The notes under the pieces: model-generated
Database searches by the model: none
What the model saw: the letters and a program-made list of their open reading frames with translations, nothing else
What the model was told of the DNA's origin: nothing
Origin: a virus
Taxonomy: Duplodnaviria; Caudoviricetes
Direction: 5' to 3' (one strand)
IMG/VR virus record: IMGVR_UViG_3300020577_007420
Coordinates: 12,380 to 76,379 of that record
DNA length: 64,000 bases
Shown here: positions 8,305-18,552 of the stretch, piece after piece
Position numbering within the stretch: the first letter of the stretch is position 1
How the letters are laid out: every line of letters starts with the position of its first letter
Position numbers and translations under genes: made by a program

Positions 8305-11300
8305 TTATACAGGAGCAAGTAAAGGATGTAGTAGTTATTGGAGAGGATACCTCAAAGAAGGCTAAGATAAGCCAAGATAAGCTGGCAAAGCTACAGTACC
8401 TGCTCACTAAGGGGTTATATAAGGACCCAATTACAGCAGTGATAGCTGAGTGGACTAACAATGGAATTGATAGTGTTGTTCAGGCAGGAAAGGACCCTAT
8501 TGAGAATCCGGTTTTGGTAAAGATTGAGAAAGATATAGCTGGTCAACATATATTCTCTGTAGAGGATAAAGGTGTCGGATTGGATAACCACGACTTCGAG
8601 GATATCTGTATGAACTATCTGGAGAGTACCAAAGAGAACGATAATGATACTATTGGTCATTTCGGTAAACCTATGCCGACTTGGGGAGTAATCCCCTCGA
8701 TTAAACTGGAAGAATTTTTGGAAATCCCTTGCAAATGTCAATAATTTTCCGTATATTGTAGTATGGAAAAACAATGTATAAACTGTAAAAAGGTCTTTGA
8801 ATGTAAAACTTCAAAGGCAAGATATTGTTCTGATAAATGTAGATATTCTTATAAGTATACAAACTATAAAAATCACACCTTTACATGTAAAGGATGTGGT
8901 AAAGAAGTTAAATCTAATAGGAATGGTTTACAATATTGTTCAAAAAAATGTTCTAAGATTGGTAATAAGGAAGTTACATTAGAAAAAATAGTAGAAGAAA
9001 TTGAGAAAAACCCTCAAATTTCTGCTAAGAAACTGTGTACAAAATTAAAGACTTCTTTGAGAAACTTATACTACTTAATGGAATCCTCTGGATACAGGTC
9101 CTACAAGGAACTTATAGGAGTAGTAAAAGGAGTGTACTTGGAAAAACAGAGAAGTGATACTTCAATAGCTGCCTTAAATTGTTTTGATTATATTTCATCC
9201 CTCATAGGTGAACCATACAAAACTGAGATTACTTTTGAAGGACTTATAAATCCAAGAACTGGAAGAGAATTAAGAGTAGATTGTTTGTTTGAAAAGGAGA
9301 ATCTTGTAATTGAGTATCATGGTATTCAACATTACAAAATTATCCCTTATTTTCACAAGGAGCAAAATACTCTTGAATATCAACAATTTAAAGATAGTGT
9401 AAAAGAACAATATTTTAAGGAAAGAAAGATGAAATACATTGTGATACCATATTGGTATACAGAAAAAGACATTTATGCCGAGACAATCAAAAGCCGAGCC
9501 TCAGGGAAGACTGAGGAAGGTTTAGAGACTAAGGACACTACGGTGAGCCTACAGCCTCCAGCCCCTATTTTATAGGGTGATGATATAGTCCGACACTCTG
9601 GGAAACCAGAGATAACAATTCCGATAGGAATGAAGAGTTTTTTGAGTTTAGAGAGGTCTGCTTCCTTTATTTGTAGGAAGAATGGAGTAGAGAGGAAGTA
9701 TCTGGTATATGAGGGTGCAGAGTTTGTTAATTATGACCTTGTATATGAGAAACCTACAACCGAGGAAAATGGTGTAAAAGCAGAATTAGTAATTAATGGA
9801 TGGTCCGAGAAAAACTTATTCGTAGATAAGGCAAAGCAAAAGCTGGCATATTATGATACTGCTGTTCTAATTATTGATGGAAATATTATAGAGAGCAAAA
9901 TCTTTAGAAGTGAGGATTTTCAGTACTCTTCCCTTAGTACCAGCAGCAATATACATATATGTCTTAAGGATGTATACTACGCTATAGACTGGGAAGCTCT
10001 TGGAATTAAGCCAATTGATGTGAGAATTGGATTGAGGATGTCACTTAGTGACGGAATTACTCCTACTCCTTCTAGAGAAAGCTATATTACCAACGAGAAG
10101 ACTAAGCAGCTGATTCTGGATAAAATTCAGAAGGTAGCTAACTGGTTTGTAGAGAAGTATAATGATAATGTAAAGGAGTTTGATACATTCCTTGATGCAT
10201 ATGAGCATTTAGGAGTATCTACCTATAATGTAAAAGTAGGAGATAGTTCATTCTGTATCAATCCTTTAGTTAATTATGCTACTACGAAGATAGTCACCCC
10301 AAAGGTAAAAGGGATAACTCAAAGAGATGCTGTATTCTATAAGAAGGAGAAGGACCATCTTCTTACAGGTTATCAGATTTCTGCCTATCTGGATGACTAT
10401 GGGACAATGAAGAATGCTGGAAGGAGATTATGGGTAAGTAAGGATAACTATATTATGAATCATAAAGGTAAGACCATATTGGTAAAGTCTCCTTTTGCAG
10501 GAAATGTTAAGGAATTCTTAAAGCAGAAGTATAAGAAAAGTGCATTATTTGTCTCAGATAGCGGATTTAGGAGAAAGCTAGGTGGTAAAAAAGGAGTAAC
10601 CGATTATGAGTCCTACTATAGTATTTTGCAACTCTATTCTGTTAAAAAGCACCTTTGGAGAAAGCATATAGATGAGTTTAATTTTGTTACCTCAACAATT
10701 GTTAGTACCTTTATAGATGAAACAGATGTCACTTCTGACCCAGCTTTTATCAAGTGGATGGATGACAAGAAGGAAGCACAGAAGCAGAAGAGACTTCTTG
10801 GTATTAAGAATGGCACATATAAGGGATTAAACAAGCAGTTAGGAGATGTCACGTTAGCATACTCGTATAAGAGTATAAGGGGTATATCCTTCAAGAAAGA
10901 AGCTTTCCCTATAGCAAATCTACATAAGAATCACTTTGTAACAGTACTGATTGAAGAAGGGGATGATATTGAGAAGCTCAAAGAGATTATTCCGGGATTC
11001 AACTTTACTGGTTCTACTGTAAAGTTTGCTACAGTTGGTAAGAAAGAGAGTAAAAAGATTCCAGAATGTTCACAATTCATTAATGTTAAGAAATTTATGA
11101 GCAGAGATTGTAAACCGTTTTCCAGATTGGCATCAGCCATTGTATTCCAGAAAGCTCTGGAAGAGCTAGATAGTGTAAAGAAGTATAAGTCTGAGGTATT
11201 TAGGAAGTTTGTTAGTCACTTACATAAGGATGAGATTGCCTTGAGGGGTTATGTCAACATAAATATGGCATATCTTGACGATAAGGCAAAGACTGCAATC

Positions 11301-11531
11301 CTTGAAGTGGCAGATGAGAACAAACTTTATGACTATTCTCTTTGGGATGTATATACTCGTATTAAAGAGGGAGCAAAGAAATATGACTTTATTAATCTTT
11401 TAGCAGAACCTCCTTACTATAATAAGGAAATGCAGGAAAGATACCAAAAGTTAATAAATCAGATACTCCTTTTTAGGATGAAGTATTATAATGACTTACC
11501 TGAGGGAACAAAAATTGTAATTGAAAATTAA
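8301..11531 (+). CDS. rIIA: rIIA-like protein (GHKL/HATPase N-terminus), spliced join(8301..8666,9624..11531), 757 aa
   Basis: EWTNNGIDS, VEDKGVG and STKE motifs; splicing restores IGHFG-IG-MKS; followed by an rIIB-like gene. Confidence 0.8.
8728..8759 (+). promoter_or_regulatory. intron-internal promoter for the homing endonuclease
   Basis: CTTG-N20-TATATTGT, 3 nt upstream of ATG 8763. Confidence 0.55.
8763..9575 (+). CDS. intron-encoded homing endonuclease (zinc-ribbon repeats + Vsr/EDxHD-like nuclease)
   Basis: Two CxxC...YCSxxC repeats; LRVDC...VIEYHGIQHY...KD..K...IVIPYW C-terminal domain. Confidence 0.75.
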   Translation: MEKQCINCKKVFECKTSKARYCSDKCRYSYKYTNYKNHTFTCKGCGKEVKSNRNGLQYCSKKCSKIGNKEVTLEKIVEEIEKNPQISAKKLCTKLKTSLRNLYYLMESSGYRSYKELIGVVKGVYLEKQRSDTSIAALNCFDYISSLIGEPYKTEITFEGLINPRTGRELRVDCLFEKENLVIEYHGIQHYKIIPYFHKEQNTLEYQQFKDSVKEQYFKERKMKYIVIPYWYTEKDIYAETIKSRASGKTEEGLETKDTTVSLQPPAPIL

Positions 11532-11542
11532 AAATAAAAACT

Positions 11543-13974
11543 ATGAATTGGTTTAAAACACTGTGGCTTTCCTCTGAGGAAAGAGAAATCCTTAGAAAAG
11601 CAAAAAACAACGAGTTAGTAGAGAAACCTTCTCCACTCTCAGCACTTATACCTGAGGATATGTATAAGAAACCGTACCAGAAGATTATCTATTCTAATGG
11701 TACTGTGACAGTTATCTTTAATGATGGGACTACAATTAGTAAGTCCGGGGTGGATGCTCTCTTTCTGGATAGGGTAAAGAATGCATATTCTCAATATGCA
11801 ATTGAGGAAATGATGGTGAATAAGCAGCCTGAGCCTACTAAACAGAATATTGAGACTGAGGAAGAGAGGAAGATTGTCTCAAACAATCTTGGAATATTTG
11901 ATAAGAATCCTGATTTCACGGTATCTGGTAATCAAGTATTTCTGAAAGGTGTAAATCTGGCAATGCCAGCAGTTGTTGCTGCAAGTTTTATTGAGATTCT
12001 TGAAAAGATGCAGTATGGAACACCGACTCCTACTCTTACAGACCAGCTTCAGGCTCTGAAGATGTTTTGGCTTAAGCTGGCACTGAACAGTCTTCCTCAA
12101 AGCAGGGAGGATTTGCTTGCATTTGTAAGGAAGAATGATGTAAGAATTACCAGAAATGGTAACCTTATTCTGTACAGAAGAATTGTTAGTAAGGGGAATA
12201 CCGATAAGGAACTGGTTACCTATGTAACTCAGGAGTACTATCGTATTAAGAAGAACGGTCTTGACCCTCGTGAGTACGCAATCTATAAGCTTGATGGTAA
12301 GTATGGAACTATTGATTTGAAGACATATGACCCCTTCAATAAGCCTACTGATATCATTCCTTTCTGCAATCTGCAGCAGATGTATCTTGAGTTACCTACT
12401 TACGATAGCAATGACTTTACTGCATGGCATGGTAGAGGTACATCAATTAAGTTGGGTGGCATTTACCGCATTCCTGAGGACGAAATTAATCTAGATAATA
12501 GTATCTGCGCTGCTGGTGGGCTAAGATGTGTGGCCTCTCTATAAGTAATTATGGAGTAATAAATCGAGCAAATTCGATGAAGTCTAAAAATAAATTTGTT
12601 TATGTGGTGGTAATTATGTATATTTAATTATGAAAAAATATACAAAAATTACTAAAGAATTAATAGATAAAGTCGTTCTTTTAAATAAAAATGGTCATTC
12701 CTATAGTGAAATAGGAAAGATTTTAGAATTATCCTCAGTAAGGGGAATTCAAAATTTTATAAGAAAGAATAAGATAAAGTTTGTTAACAATTCCTCTCTT
12801 ATAACAATAAGGGATAAAAAATACAAAAGCCAAGATGATTATTTTGATATAATAGATAATCATAAAAAGGCATATATATTAGGATTTATTTATAGTGATG
12901 GGTGTGTTTATGACAATAAAAGATTTGGATTTTGTATATCCGAACAAGATTCTGAAATCTTAGATTTTATAAGACAAGAAGTTTGTCCAAATAAACCCTA
13001 TAAAGTAATAAATCACTTAAATAAAAAACCTCAGGTTGTATTAAGAATAGGAAATAAAAGAATTGTTAAAACACTTATTGAGAAGTGGGGAGTTGTTCCT
13101 AATAAAACAAAGAATCCAAAATTGGTATTCCCAAAAATAGAGGATTCTTTTATATGGTCTTTTTTACGAGGAATTGTTGATGGAGATGGTCATATAAGAA
13201 TTAGAACAACTAAATCATTTTATGTAGAAATATGCATGTCAGACTTAAATTTTCTATCTGATTTACAAAAATTTCTAGATAAGAATAATATGAAATCTAA
13301 AATAAAAACAATAGTTGGTAAAACTTGTAATTATTATAGAATATATATTCCAAACTCAATAACTTTTTTGAATAAACTTTATGAAAACAAAGACTTTTTC
13401 TGTTTAAAAAGAAAACTTCATAAATATTTAATTATTCACGATAATATCGAGCTAACTTCTTCAATTACGAAAGGTGAAGAAGTAGTGTAACGCATAGAGG
13501 ATGAATAAATATAATTCCTCCACGAGTGTTCGACATCCTTATAAATAGGATGAAAATATATGCTGAACTTTAGAGAAATCTAAAGAACTAAAGGATAAAA
13601 AGCCTTTAGGTTAACAAATTTGACATGCTGCAGCTGTAGATTATGATTATTCTGGATTTGGAGACGTTCCTGTTGTAGTACTGGTAAATCCCTCAAAGGC
13701 TATTACTGTTCCTCTTGGGGAAACAGGAAAGCTGAGAACTACTGAGATGTTTGTTGCTTGTGTAAACGACAAACCCCATGGTACTCACTTTGATGAGAGT
13801 GCTATTGCTGCATTTGATGAAGAATATCATGATTTGACACTGGAAGAACTTGAGGAAGCTGCAAAGACAAAGAACTTTAGCAACCTGTCTGTTCAGGATA
13901 AAGTTCCTGCAATTTCTCTTGTAGACCTTAACCAAATCAGACAACTTCTGAGGAGCAGGATACAGAAGGTTTAA
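11543..13974 (+). CDS. rIIB: rIIB-like protein, spliced join(11543..12522,13623..13974), 443 aa
   Basis: DLLAFV...ITRNGNLILYRRI motif; splicing restores CAAGG-L-H, matching the rIIB C..GLH motif, followed by VVLVNP. Confidence 0.78.
12595..12626 (+). promoter_or_regulatory. intron-internal promoter for the LAGLIDADG endonuclease
   Basis: TTTG-N20-TATATTTA, 3 nt before ATG 12630. Confidence 0.6.
12630..13490 (+). CDS. intron-encoded double-motif LAGLIDADG homing endonuclease
   Basis: AYILGFIYSDG and SFLRGIVDGDG. Confidence 0.9.
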   Translation: MKKYTKITKELIDKVVLLNKNGHSYSEIGKILELSSVRGIQNFIRKNKIKFVNNSSLITIRDKKYKSQDDYFDIIDNHKKAYILGFIYSDGCVYDNKRFGFCISEQDSEILDFIRQEVCPNKPYKVINHLNKKPQVVLRIGNKRIVKTLIEKWGVVPNKTKNPKLVFPKIEDSFIWSFLRGIVDGDGHIRIRTTKSFYVEICMSDLNFLSDLQKFLDKNNMKSKIKTIVGKTCNYYRIYIPNSITFLNKLYENKDFFCLKRKLHKYLIIHDNIELTSSITKGEEVV

Positions 13975-13982
13975 TGATTAAG

Positions 13983-14015
13983 AAGTGCCCATGGTTATTC
14001 TGTGGGCACTTTTTT
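13983..14015 (+). terminator. rho-independent terminator
   Basis: AAGTGCCCATGG-TTATT-CTGTGGGCACTT plus T tract after the rIIB stop. Confidence 0.75.
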
Positions 14016-14027
14016 AAATTTAATATT

Positions 14028-14741
14028 ATGAGAATCATAGCATTAGGTGATATACATGGTCACAAATCGTGGAAGGATATTGTAAACAATGAGCAATTTG
14101 ATAAGATTGTATTTGTTGGAGATTACTTTGATAGTTTTACAGTGAAAACTGAAGACCAAGTAAATAACTTCCTTGATATAATTGAGTTTAAGAAATCTAG
14201 ACCAGATGACGTGATTCTCTTAATAGGAAATCATGACCATCATTATTTTCCCTTTGTAGGATATACTGGTACATCTGGTTATCAACAAGCAGGTAAGTTC
14301 TTAATAGAACCTGTACTTAACGAGAATAAGGACTATCTACAAATGGCTTATCAATTTGATAATGTGCTATTTACACATGCTGGGTTTAGCCCTCTGTGGG
14401 CAGGTGCTGTTTTAGGAGACGATTGGGAAAAAGAATTGACAGGAAATTATGCGGATTTGATTAACGATATATGGCTACATAAGCCAAAAGCATTCTGTCA
14501 TAACGGAAGGGACCCATATGGGGATGATAAATACCAGACTCCTATCTGGATACGTCCAAGAGCATTGATGTATATAGCAAGACCTATTAGCAGGAAGATA
14601 ATTCAGATAGTAGGTCATACTTACCAGAACCAGATTGACATAAAGGGAAAATCTACAGGAGGAAGATACTATTTTATTGACTGTCTGCCAAAAGAATACC
14701 TTATCATAGATAATGGTAAGTTTGAGGTAGGAAAATTATAA
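14028..14741 (+). CDS. calcineurin-like metallophosphoesterase
   Basis: GDIHG, GDYFD, GNHD, THAG and GHT motifs; start at ATG 14028 (the track start crosses the terminator). Confidence 0.85.
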   Translation: MRIIALGDIHGHKSWKDIVNNEQFDKIVFVGDYFDSFTVKTEDQVNNFLDIIEFKKSRPDDVILLIGNHDHHYFPFVGYTGTSGYQQAGKFLIEPVLNENKDYLQMAYQFDNVLFTHAGFSPLWAGAVLGDDWEKELTGNYADLINDIWLHKPKAFCHNGRDPYGDDKYQTPIWIRPRALMYIARPISRKIIQIVGHTYQNQIDIKGKSTGGRYYFIDCLPKEYLIIDNGKFEVGKL

Positions 14742-14743
14742 CT

Positions 14744-15847
14744 ATGAGTAAGAAATCGTTTCCAATTTTATTTAAATATGATACAAGAGGGAGAATACAG
14801 CAGTGGCAAATTCATGTAAAGGATGACCATTTTTGGACAGAAGAGGGTATAAAGGGAGGTGCAATAACTACCTCTCTACCAACCTATTGTAAAGCAAAGA
14901 ATATAGGAAGGGCAAATGAGACTACTCCTCAGGAACAGGCACTAGCTGAAGCCCAATCTAAGTGGCAGAAGAAAGTAGATAAGGGATATAATGAAGTCCT
15001 GACAGATAAGAAGAAGTTTTTCGAGCCTATGCTGGCTCATGAGGTAAGCAAGTATGAGAAGCTACTGTTTACTGTACCTACTTTTATACAGCCAAAATTA
15101 GATGGACTTAGATGTATTTCACAAGATAATACACTGATGTCCAGAAATGGGAAGCCGTATTTGGCATGTCCACATCTACATCAGGATAGGTTTACGTTGG
15201 ATGGTGAACTGTATAATCATGAGTTCCACGACGACTTTAATAAGATTGTGAGCCTGTGTAAGAAGCAGAAACCCACAGCCGAGGACCTAAAGGAAAGTAT
15301 GCAGAAGGTACAGTTCTGGGCCTATGATATGCCTGAGATTGAGGGAGAGTTCTCTGAGAGATATAAGGCTCTTGAGAAGGCTATCAATGAGTTAAAGAAG
15401 GCACAAGGAAAGTGTCCCTATAAGTTGGTTCCTACATATCGTGTTCATAATCAAGCGGATGTGGAGAAATATCACGAGAAGTTCCTTGAAGATGGATACG
15501 AGGGTTCTATCTTACGTCTTGATTTGGGAGAATATGAGAATAAGAGAAGTAAGCAGTTATTGAAGAAAAAGGACTTTGTGGATGAAGAATTTACAATCGT
15601 AGGGGCAGAAGAAGGCGAAGGAGGCAGAGCTGGAACAATTGGTTACTTTATTATGGCACACGATAAGATTAAGGATAAGACCTTTAAGTCAAATGTCAAG
15701 GGAGACTTTGAGTATCTGGCAGAGGTTTGGAAGGACAGGAAGAAATATATAGGCACAAAAGCTACAGTAAAGTACTTTAACAGGACTCCAGATGATGTTC
15801 CTCGGTTTCCGTATATTATCAAACTAAACAGAGAAGAATATGAATAG
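14744..15847 (+). CDS. ATP-dependent DNA ligase with N-terminal WGR-like domain
   Basis: Motif I QPKLDGLRC; LDGELY; FWAYD; YEGSILR; KRSKQLLKKK; OB-fold tail VKYFNRTPDDVPRFP. Confidence 0.9.
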   Translation: MSKKSFPILFKYDTRGRIQQWQIHVKDDHFWTEEGIKGGAITTSLPTYCKAKNIGRANETTPQEQALAEAQSKWQKKVDKGYNEVLTDKKKFFEPMLAHEVSKYEKLLFTVPTFIQPKLDGLRCISQDNTLMSRNGKPYLACPHLHQDRFTLDGELYNHEFHDDFNKIVSLCKKQKPTAEDLKESMQKVQFWAYDMPEIEGEFSERYKALEKAINELKKAQGKCPYKLVPTYRVHNQADVEKYHEKFLEDGYEGSILRLDLGEYENKRSKQLLKKKDFVDEEFTIVGAEEGEGGRAGTIGYFIMAHDKIKDKTFKSNVKGDFEYLAEVWKDRKKYIGTKATVKYFNRTPDDVPRFPYIIKLNREEYE

Positions 15848-16268
15848 TGTAATAGCAGCCGATGTTAATTCTCTACTACAGACAACGGGAGGTACTATAG
15901 TATCTCCCGTTTACGTTGGTACAGTTAGTACGAGTTTACAGTATGTTGTTCCTCAACCAACAACTACGCCTCCGCCCAAAAGAAGGTTGACGGGTAAACC
16001 TAAAGGTAAAACGGAAGAACAACAGAAGGAAAACATAAGGAAAAGAGTAAGCTATAGATGGATTGTACAAGAAGCTCAGTATTTTAGAAGTAAAGGAGTC
16101 CCTCTGCACTCAATTTCTGTAGTAATGAAGTATATCATTGAACTAAGATGTTCGTACAAAGGAGGATTTGCCTATAATTCTAATAGGCATTGGGCAAGAC
16201 AGAGTCTTTATTTGTTCCTTGGGGATATTAAAGACCATAAAATGGTAGAAGAACTTAAACTTAATTAA
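15840..16268 (+). CDS. hypothetical protein
   Basis: 142 aa; Pro/Thr linker followed by a basic region. Confidence 0.55.
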   Translation: MNSVIAADVNSLLQTTGGTIVSPVYVGTVSTSLQYVVPQPTTTPPPKRRLTGKPKGKTEEQQKENIRKRVSYRWIVQEAQYFRSKGVPLHSISVVMKYIIELRCSYKGGFAYNSNRHWARQSLYLFLGDIKDHKMVEELKLN

Positions 16269-16270
16269 AT

Positions 16271-16543
16271 ATGAATAATTTAAAAGTAGGAGATTTAATA
16301 TACTTTAAGGATTACTTCTGTGAGATTTTTGCTATACAACCTGATAAAAGTGGTGAGTCTCGTTTTGATATACTTAAAATTCACAGAAAGTATAGAAGTG
16401 ATGGCACAAAAATGATGTCCATTTGGACATCATGGGTATATAGGTGCTGGGTAAAGTCACCTGATGAGAAGTTTGACGATGAAATTAAAGAACGTATTCA
16501 ATTATTAGAAATCTATAAAAATTTAACAAGTAAAAAATTGTAG
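16271..16543 (+). CDS. hypothetical protein
   Basis: 90 aa ORF. Confidence 0.6.
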   Translation: MNNLKVGDLIYFKDYFCEIFAIQPDKSGESRFDILKIHRKYRSDGTKMMSIWTSWVYRCWVKSPDEKFDDEIKERIQLLEIYKNLTSKKL

Positions 16544-16544
16544 T

Positions 16545-16664
16545 ATGAGTACAAAATTATATATAGTAGTAAAAGCTGATACAAAGTTTTGGAAAGGAAA
16601 AAAGTTTTCTGAAGAACATAAACAAAACTTAAGAAAACCAAAAATAAGAAAGAATGCAAAATAG
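16545..16664 (+). pseudogene. 39-aa mini-ORF carrying a NUMOD3-like DNA-binding motif (endonuclease remnant)
   Basis: MSTKLYIVVKADTKFWKGKKFSEEHKQNLRKPKIRKNAK. Confidence 0.45.
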
Positions 16665-17844
16665 ATATGTCAAACTTATTATGGTTGATGAAAATAATCG
16701 AAATAAATACTATGAGATGAATTGGGATGGTGGCAGTAATTTTACAGTAAAGTACGGCAGAGTTGAGAGCACTACGCAGACTGCCACCTACCCCTATAGT
16801 AAGTGGTCATCCAAGTATAATGAGAAGATTAGGAAGGGGTATAAGGATGTTACAGATTTAGTTTCTGTAAAAGTTGAAGAGAAGAAACAGGAGAAGGAGA
16901 CATTTGCAGCTATCAAGGATAGGTTGGTAAATGAATTCCTCAACTTGATGAAGAGCTACACAGATAAGCTCGTAAAGGCTACGTATAGTGTTAAGGCTGA
17001 GGCAGTTAGCCAAAAGCAGGTAGATGAGGCACAGAAGCTCATTGATGAAATTAATGCTATGGATGCCAAGCTGGTTAGTAATATTAACCAGAAGTTAACA
17101 GAACTGTATATGGTTATTCCAAGATATATGGGACATGTAAGAGATTACTTGCTTCCTAATATCAGTCTGGCCAAACATATGCAACAGGAGCAGGATAATT
17201 TAGATGCCATGGCTGCTCAGGTTAGCATGATTAAACCTAAGACCAAGAAGGAGTTAACTGCCGAGAAAAAGAAGGCACAGACTCTTCTTGATAAGTTAGG
17301 TATTACTAATATGAAGGAGTGTAGTGGTGTTCCTAAAGAGGTGGAATATCTTATTAAGCAAAATCATGGTAGAAAGGTAAATGCCATATTTGAGTTGGAA
17401 AAACCAACAGAAGATGCTATCTTTGAGAGCTGGATGAAGAAACAGAAGAATAAGAGTACTCGTATTCTTATTCACGGTACACGCTGTACCTCTGTCATTC
17501 CTATTCTAGAGATAGGATTGAAGATTCGTCCTACTGGTAATTTCCAGTTTAGTGGTAAGGCATATGGAGACGGTAACTACTTCTCAGAACATATGCACAA
17601 ATCATTAGGGTATACGGGTTACGACGCTGATAAGGTCATACTTGTATATGAAGTACATACAGGTAATCCCTTTACATATGATGGATGGTTTAGAGGAAAC
17701 TCTTTCCCATTGAATTATAAGGAGCTATCTAGTAGAGGATATGATTCTACTTATGTAAAAGCTGGTCATGGTCTTATGAATAGTGAGATTATTGCATACA
17801 AAGAGGAACAAGCAAGAATTAAATTTATCATTTGGTTAACCTGA
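16654..17844 (+). CDS. PARP-family ADP-ribosyltransferase (WGR + regulatory helical + catalytic domains)
   Basis: NRNKYY...KYGRV...EKIRKGY (WGR); LTELYMVIP (regulatory); ILIHGT, GKAYGDGNYFS...KSLGY, NSEIIAY (H-Y-E triad). Confidence 0.85.
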   Translation: MQNRYVKLIMVDENNRNKYYEMNWDGGSNFTVKYGRVESTTQTATYPYSKWSSKYNEKIRKGYKDVTDLVSVKVEEKKQEKETFAAIKDRLVNEFLNLMKSYTDKLVKATYSVKAEAVSQKQVDEAQKLIDEINAMDAKLVSNINQKLTELYMVIPRYMGHVRDYLLPNISLAKHMQQEQDNLDAMAAQVSMIKPKTKKELTAEKKKAQTLLDKLGITNMKECSGVPKEVEYLIKQNHGRKVNAIFELEKPTEDAIFESWMKKQKNKSTRILIHGTRCTSVIPILEIGLKIRPTGNFQFSGKAYGDGNYFSEHMHKSLGYTGYDADKVILVYEVHTGNPFTYDGWFRGNSFPLNYKELSSRGYDSTYVKAGHGLMNSEIIAYKEEQARIKFIIWLT

Positions 17845-17847
17845 TTA

Positions 17848-17879
17848 TTTGGTAAATTCAAATAATTTTCGTATATTTG
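17848..17879 (+). promoter_or_regulatory. Bacteroidota sigma-A promoter, perfect consensus
   Basis: TTTG(17848-51)-N20-TATATTTG(17872-79). Confidence 0.8.
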
Positions 17880-17898
17880 TCCTATAAATATTCAGGAT

Positions 17899-18552
17899 AT
17901 GTACAAAAAGAAAATTACCAGTAAACTATCAGATTTAACAGGTCAAACCTTTGGAAGACTTACAGTTATAGGAATAACCTACTCAGAAACTCTTAAACAT
18001 AGAGTTTGGGAATGTAAATGTAAGTGTGGAAAAATAGTAGGTGTTCCTTCAACTTCTCTTACCAAAGGTAGAACTATGTCTTGTGGGTGTTTGAGAAACG
18101 AAAATGCACCTAACATCAACCGTTCTCATGCAGATACAGGAAAGGCTATCTACAATAGGTGGCTTGCAATGAGAAATCGTTGTAAGCACAACAAAAAATA
18201 CTATGTTGATAGAGGTATTACAGTCTGTAAAGAATGGAATGACTATCTGAACTTCAGGAAAGATATGGTTGAGAGCTTCTTGGTTCACAGTAGGGAACAT
18301 GGTGAGAGAAATACAACTCTTGAAAGGATAGATTCTAACAAAGGATACTACCTTGAGAATTGCAGGTGGGCTACTCCAACTGAGCAAAACCAGAATACAA
18401 GGACTCCCTACAAAATCACCAATTACAAGAAGCTAAAAGTTTTCCTACAAGAGTTAGGAAAGCTAAAAGGTATACAAATAACCCTCTCAGAAGAGGAATT
18501 TTTAACACTTTCTTATAACATAAGGAAGAAAATTTATAAAGAGAAGAATTAA
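17899..18552 (+). CDS. free-standing HNH-type homing endonuclease
   Basis: DLTGQTFGRLTV, WECKCKCG, SCGC, RGITVCKEW, TLERIDSNKGY.LENCRWAT..EQNQN. Confidence 0.85.
   Translation: MYKKKITSKLSDLTGQTFGRLTVIGITYSETLKHRVWECKCKCGKIVGVPSTSLTKGRTMSCGCLRNENAPNINRSHADTGKAIYNRWLAMRNRCKHNKKYYVDRGITVCKEWNDYLNFRKDMVESFLVHSREHGERNTTLERIDSNKGYYLENCRWATPTEQNQNTRTPYKITNYKKLKVFLQELGKLKGIQITLSEEEFLTLSYNIRKKIYKEKN

Larger units (their letters stand above)
8667..9623 (+). mobile_element. group I intron in rIIA (957 nt)
   Basis: 5' splice after U of TTCGGT; P1 TCGGT/GCCGA(8675-79) with U.G pair; P10 CCTAT(8670-74)/ATAGG(9624-28); P7 GACTA(9527-31)/TAGTC(9586-90); P9 CTCTGG-GAAA-CCAGAG; terminal G 9623. Confidence 0.92.
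12523..13622 (+). mobile_element. group I intron in rIIB (1100 nt)
   Basis: P1 GGGCT/GGCCT(12532-36); P10 ATGT(12526-29)/ACAT(13623-26); P3 TCGAGCA/TGTTCGA; P7 GCATA(13492-96)/TATGC(13559-63); P9 CTTTAGA-GAAA-TCTAAAG; terminal G 13622; the Leu codon is split CT|A. Confidence 0.9.

Noticed and set aside
8301-8744. Separate 147-aa and 633-aa genes as given by the ORF track
   Set aside because: They are exons of one intron-split rIIA; the tail KPMPTWG... is intron sequence.
13693-13974. Independent 75-aa gene at 13747 and antisense ORF 13693-13944
   Set aside because: The frame is open from the 3' splice site at 13623 and is exon 2 of rIIB.
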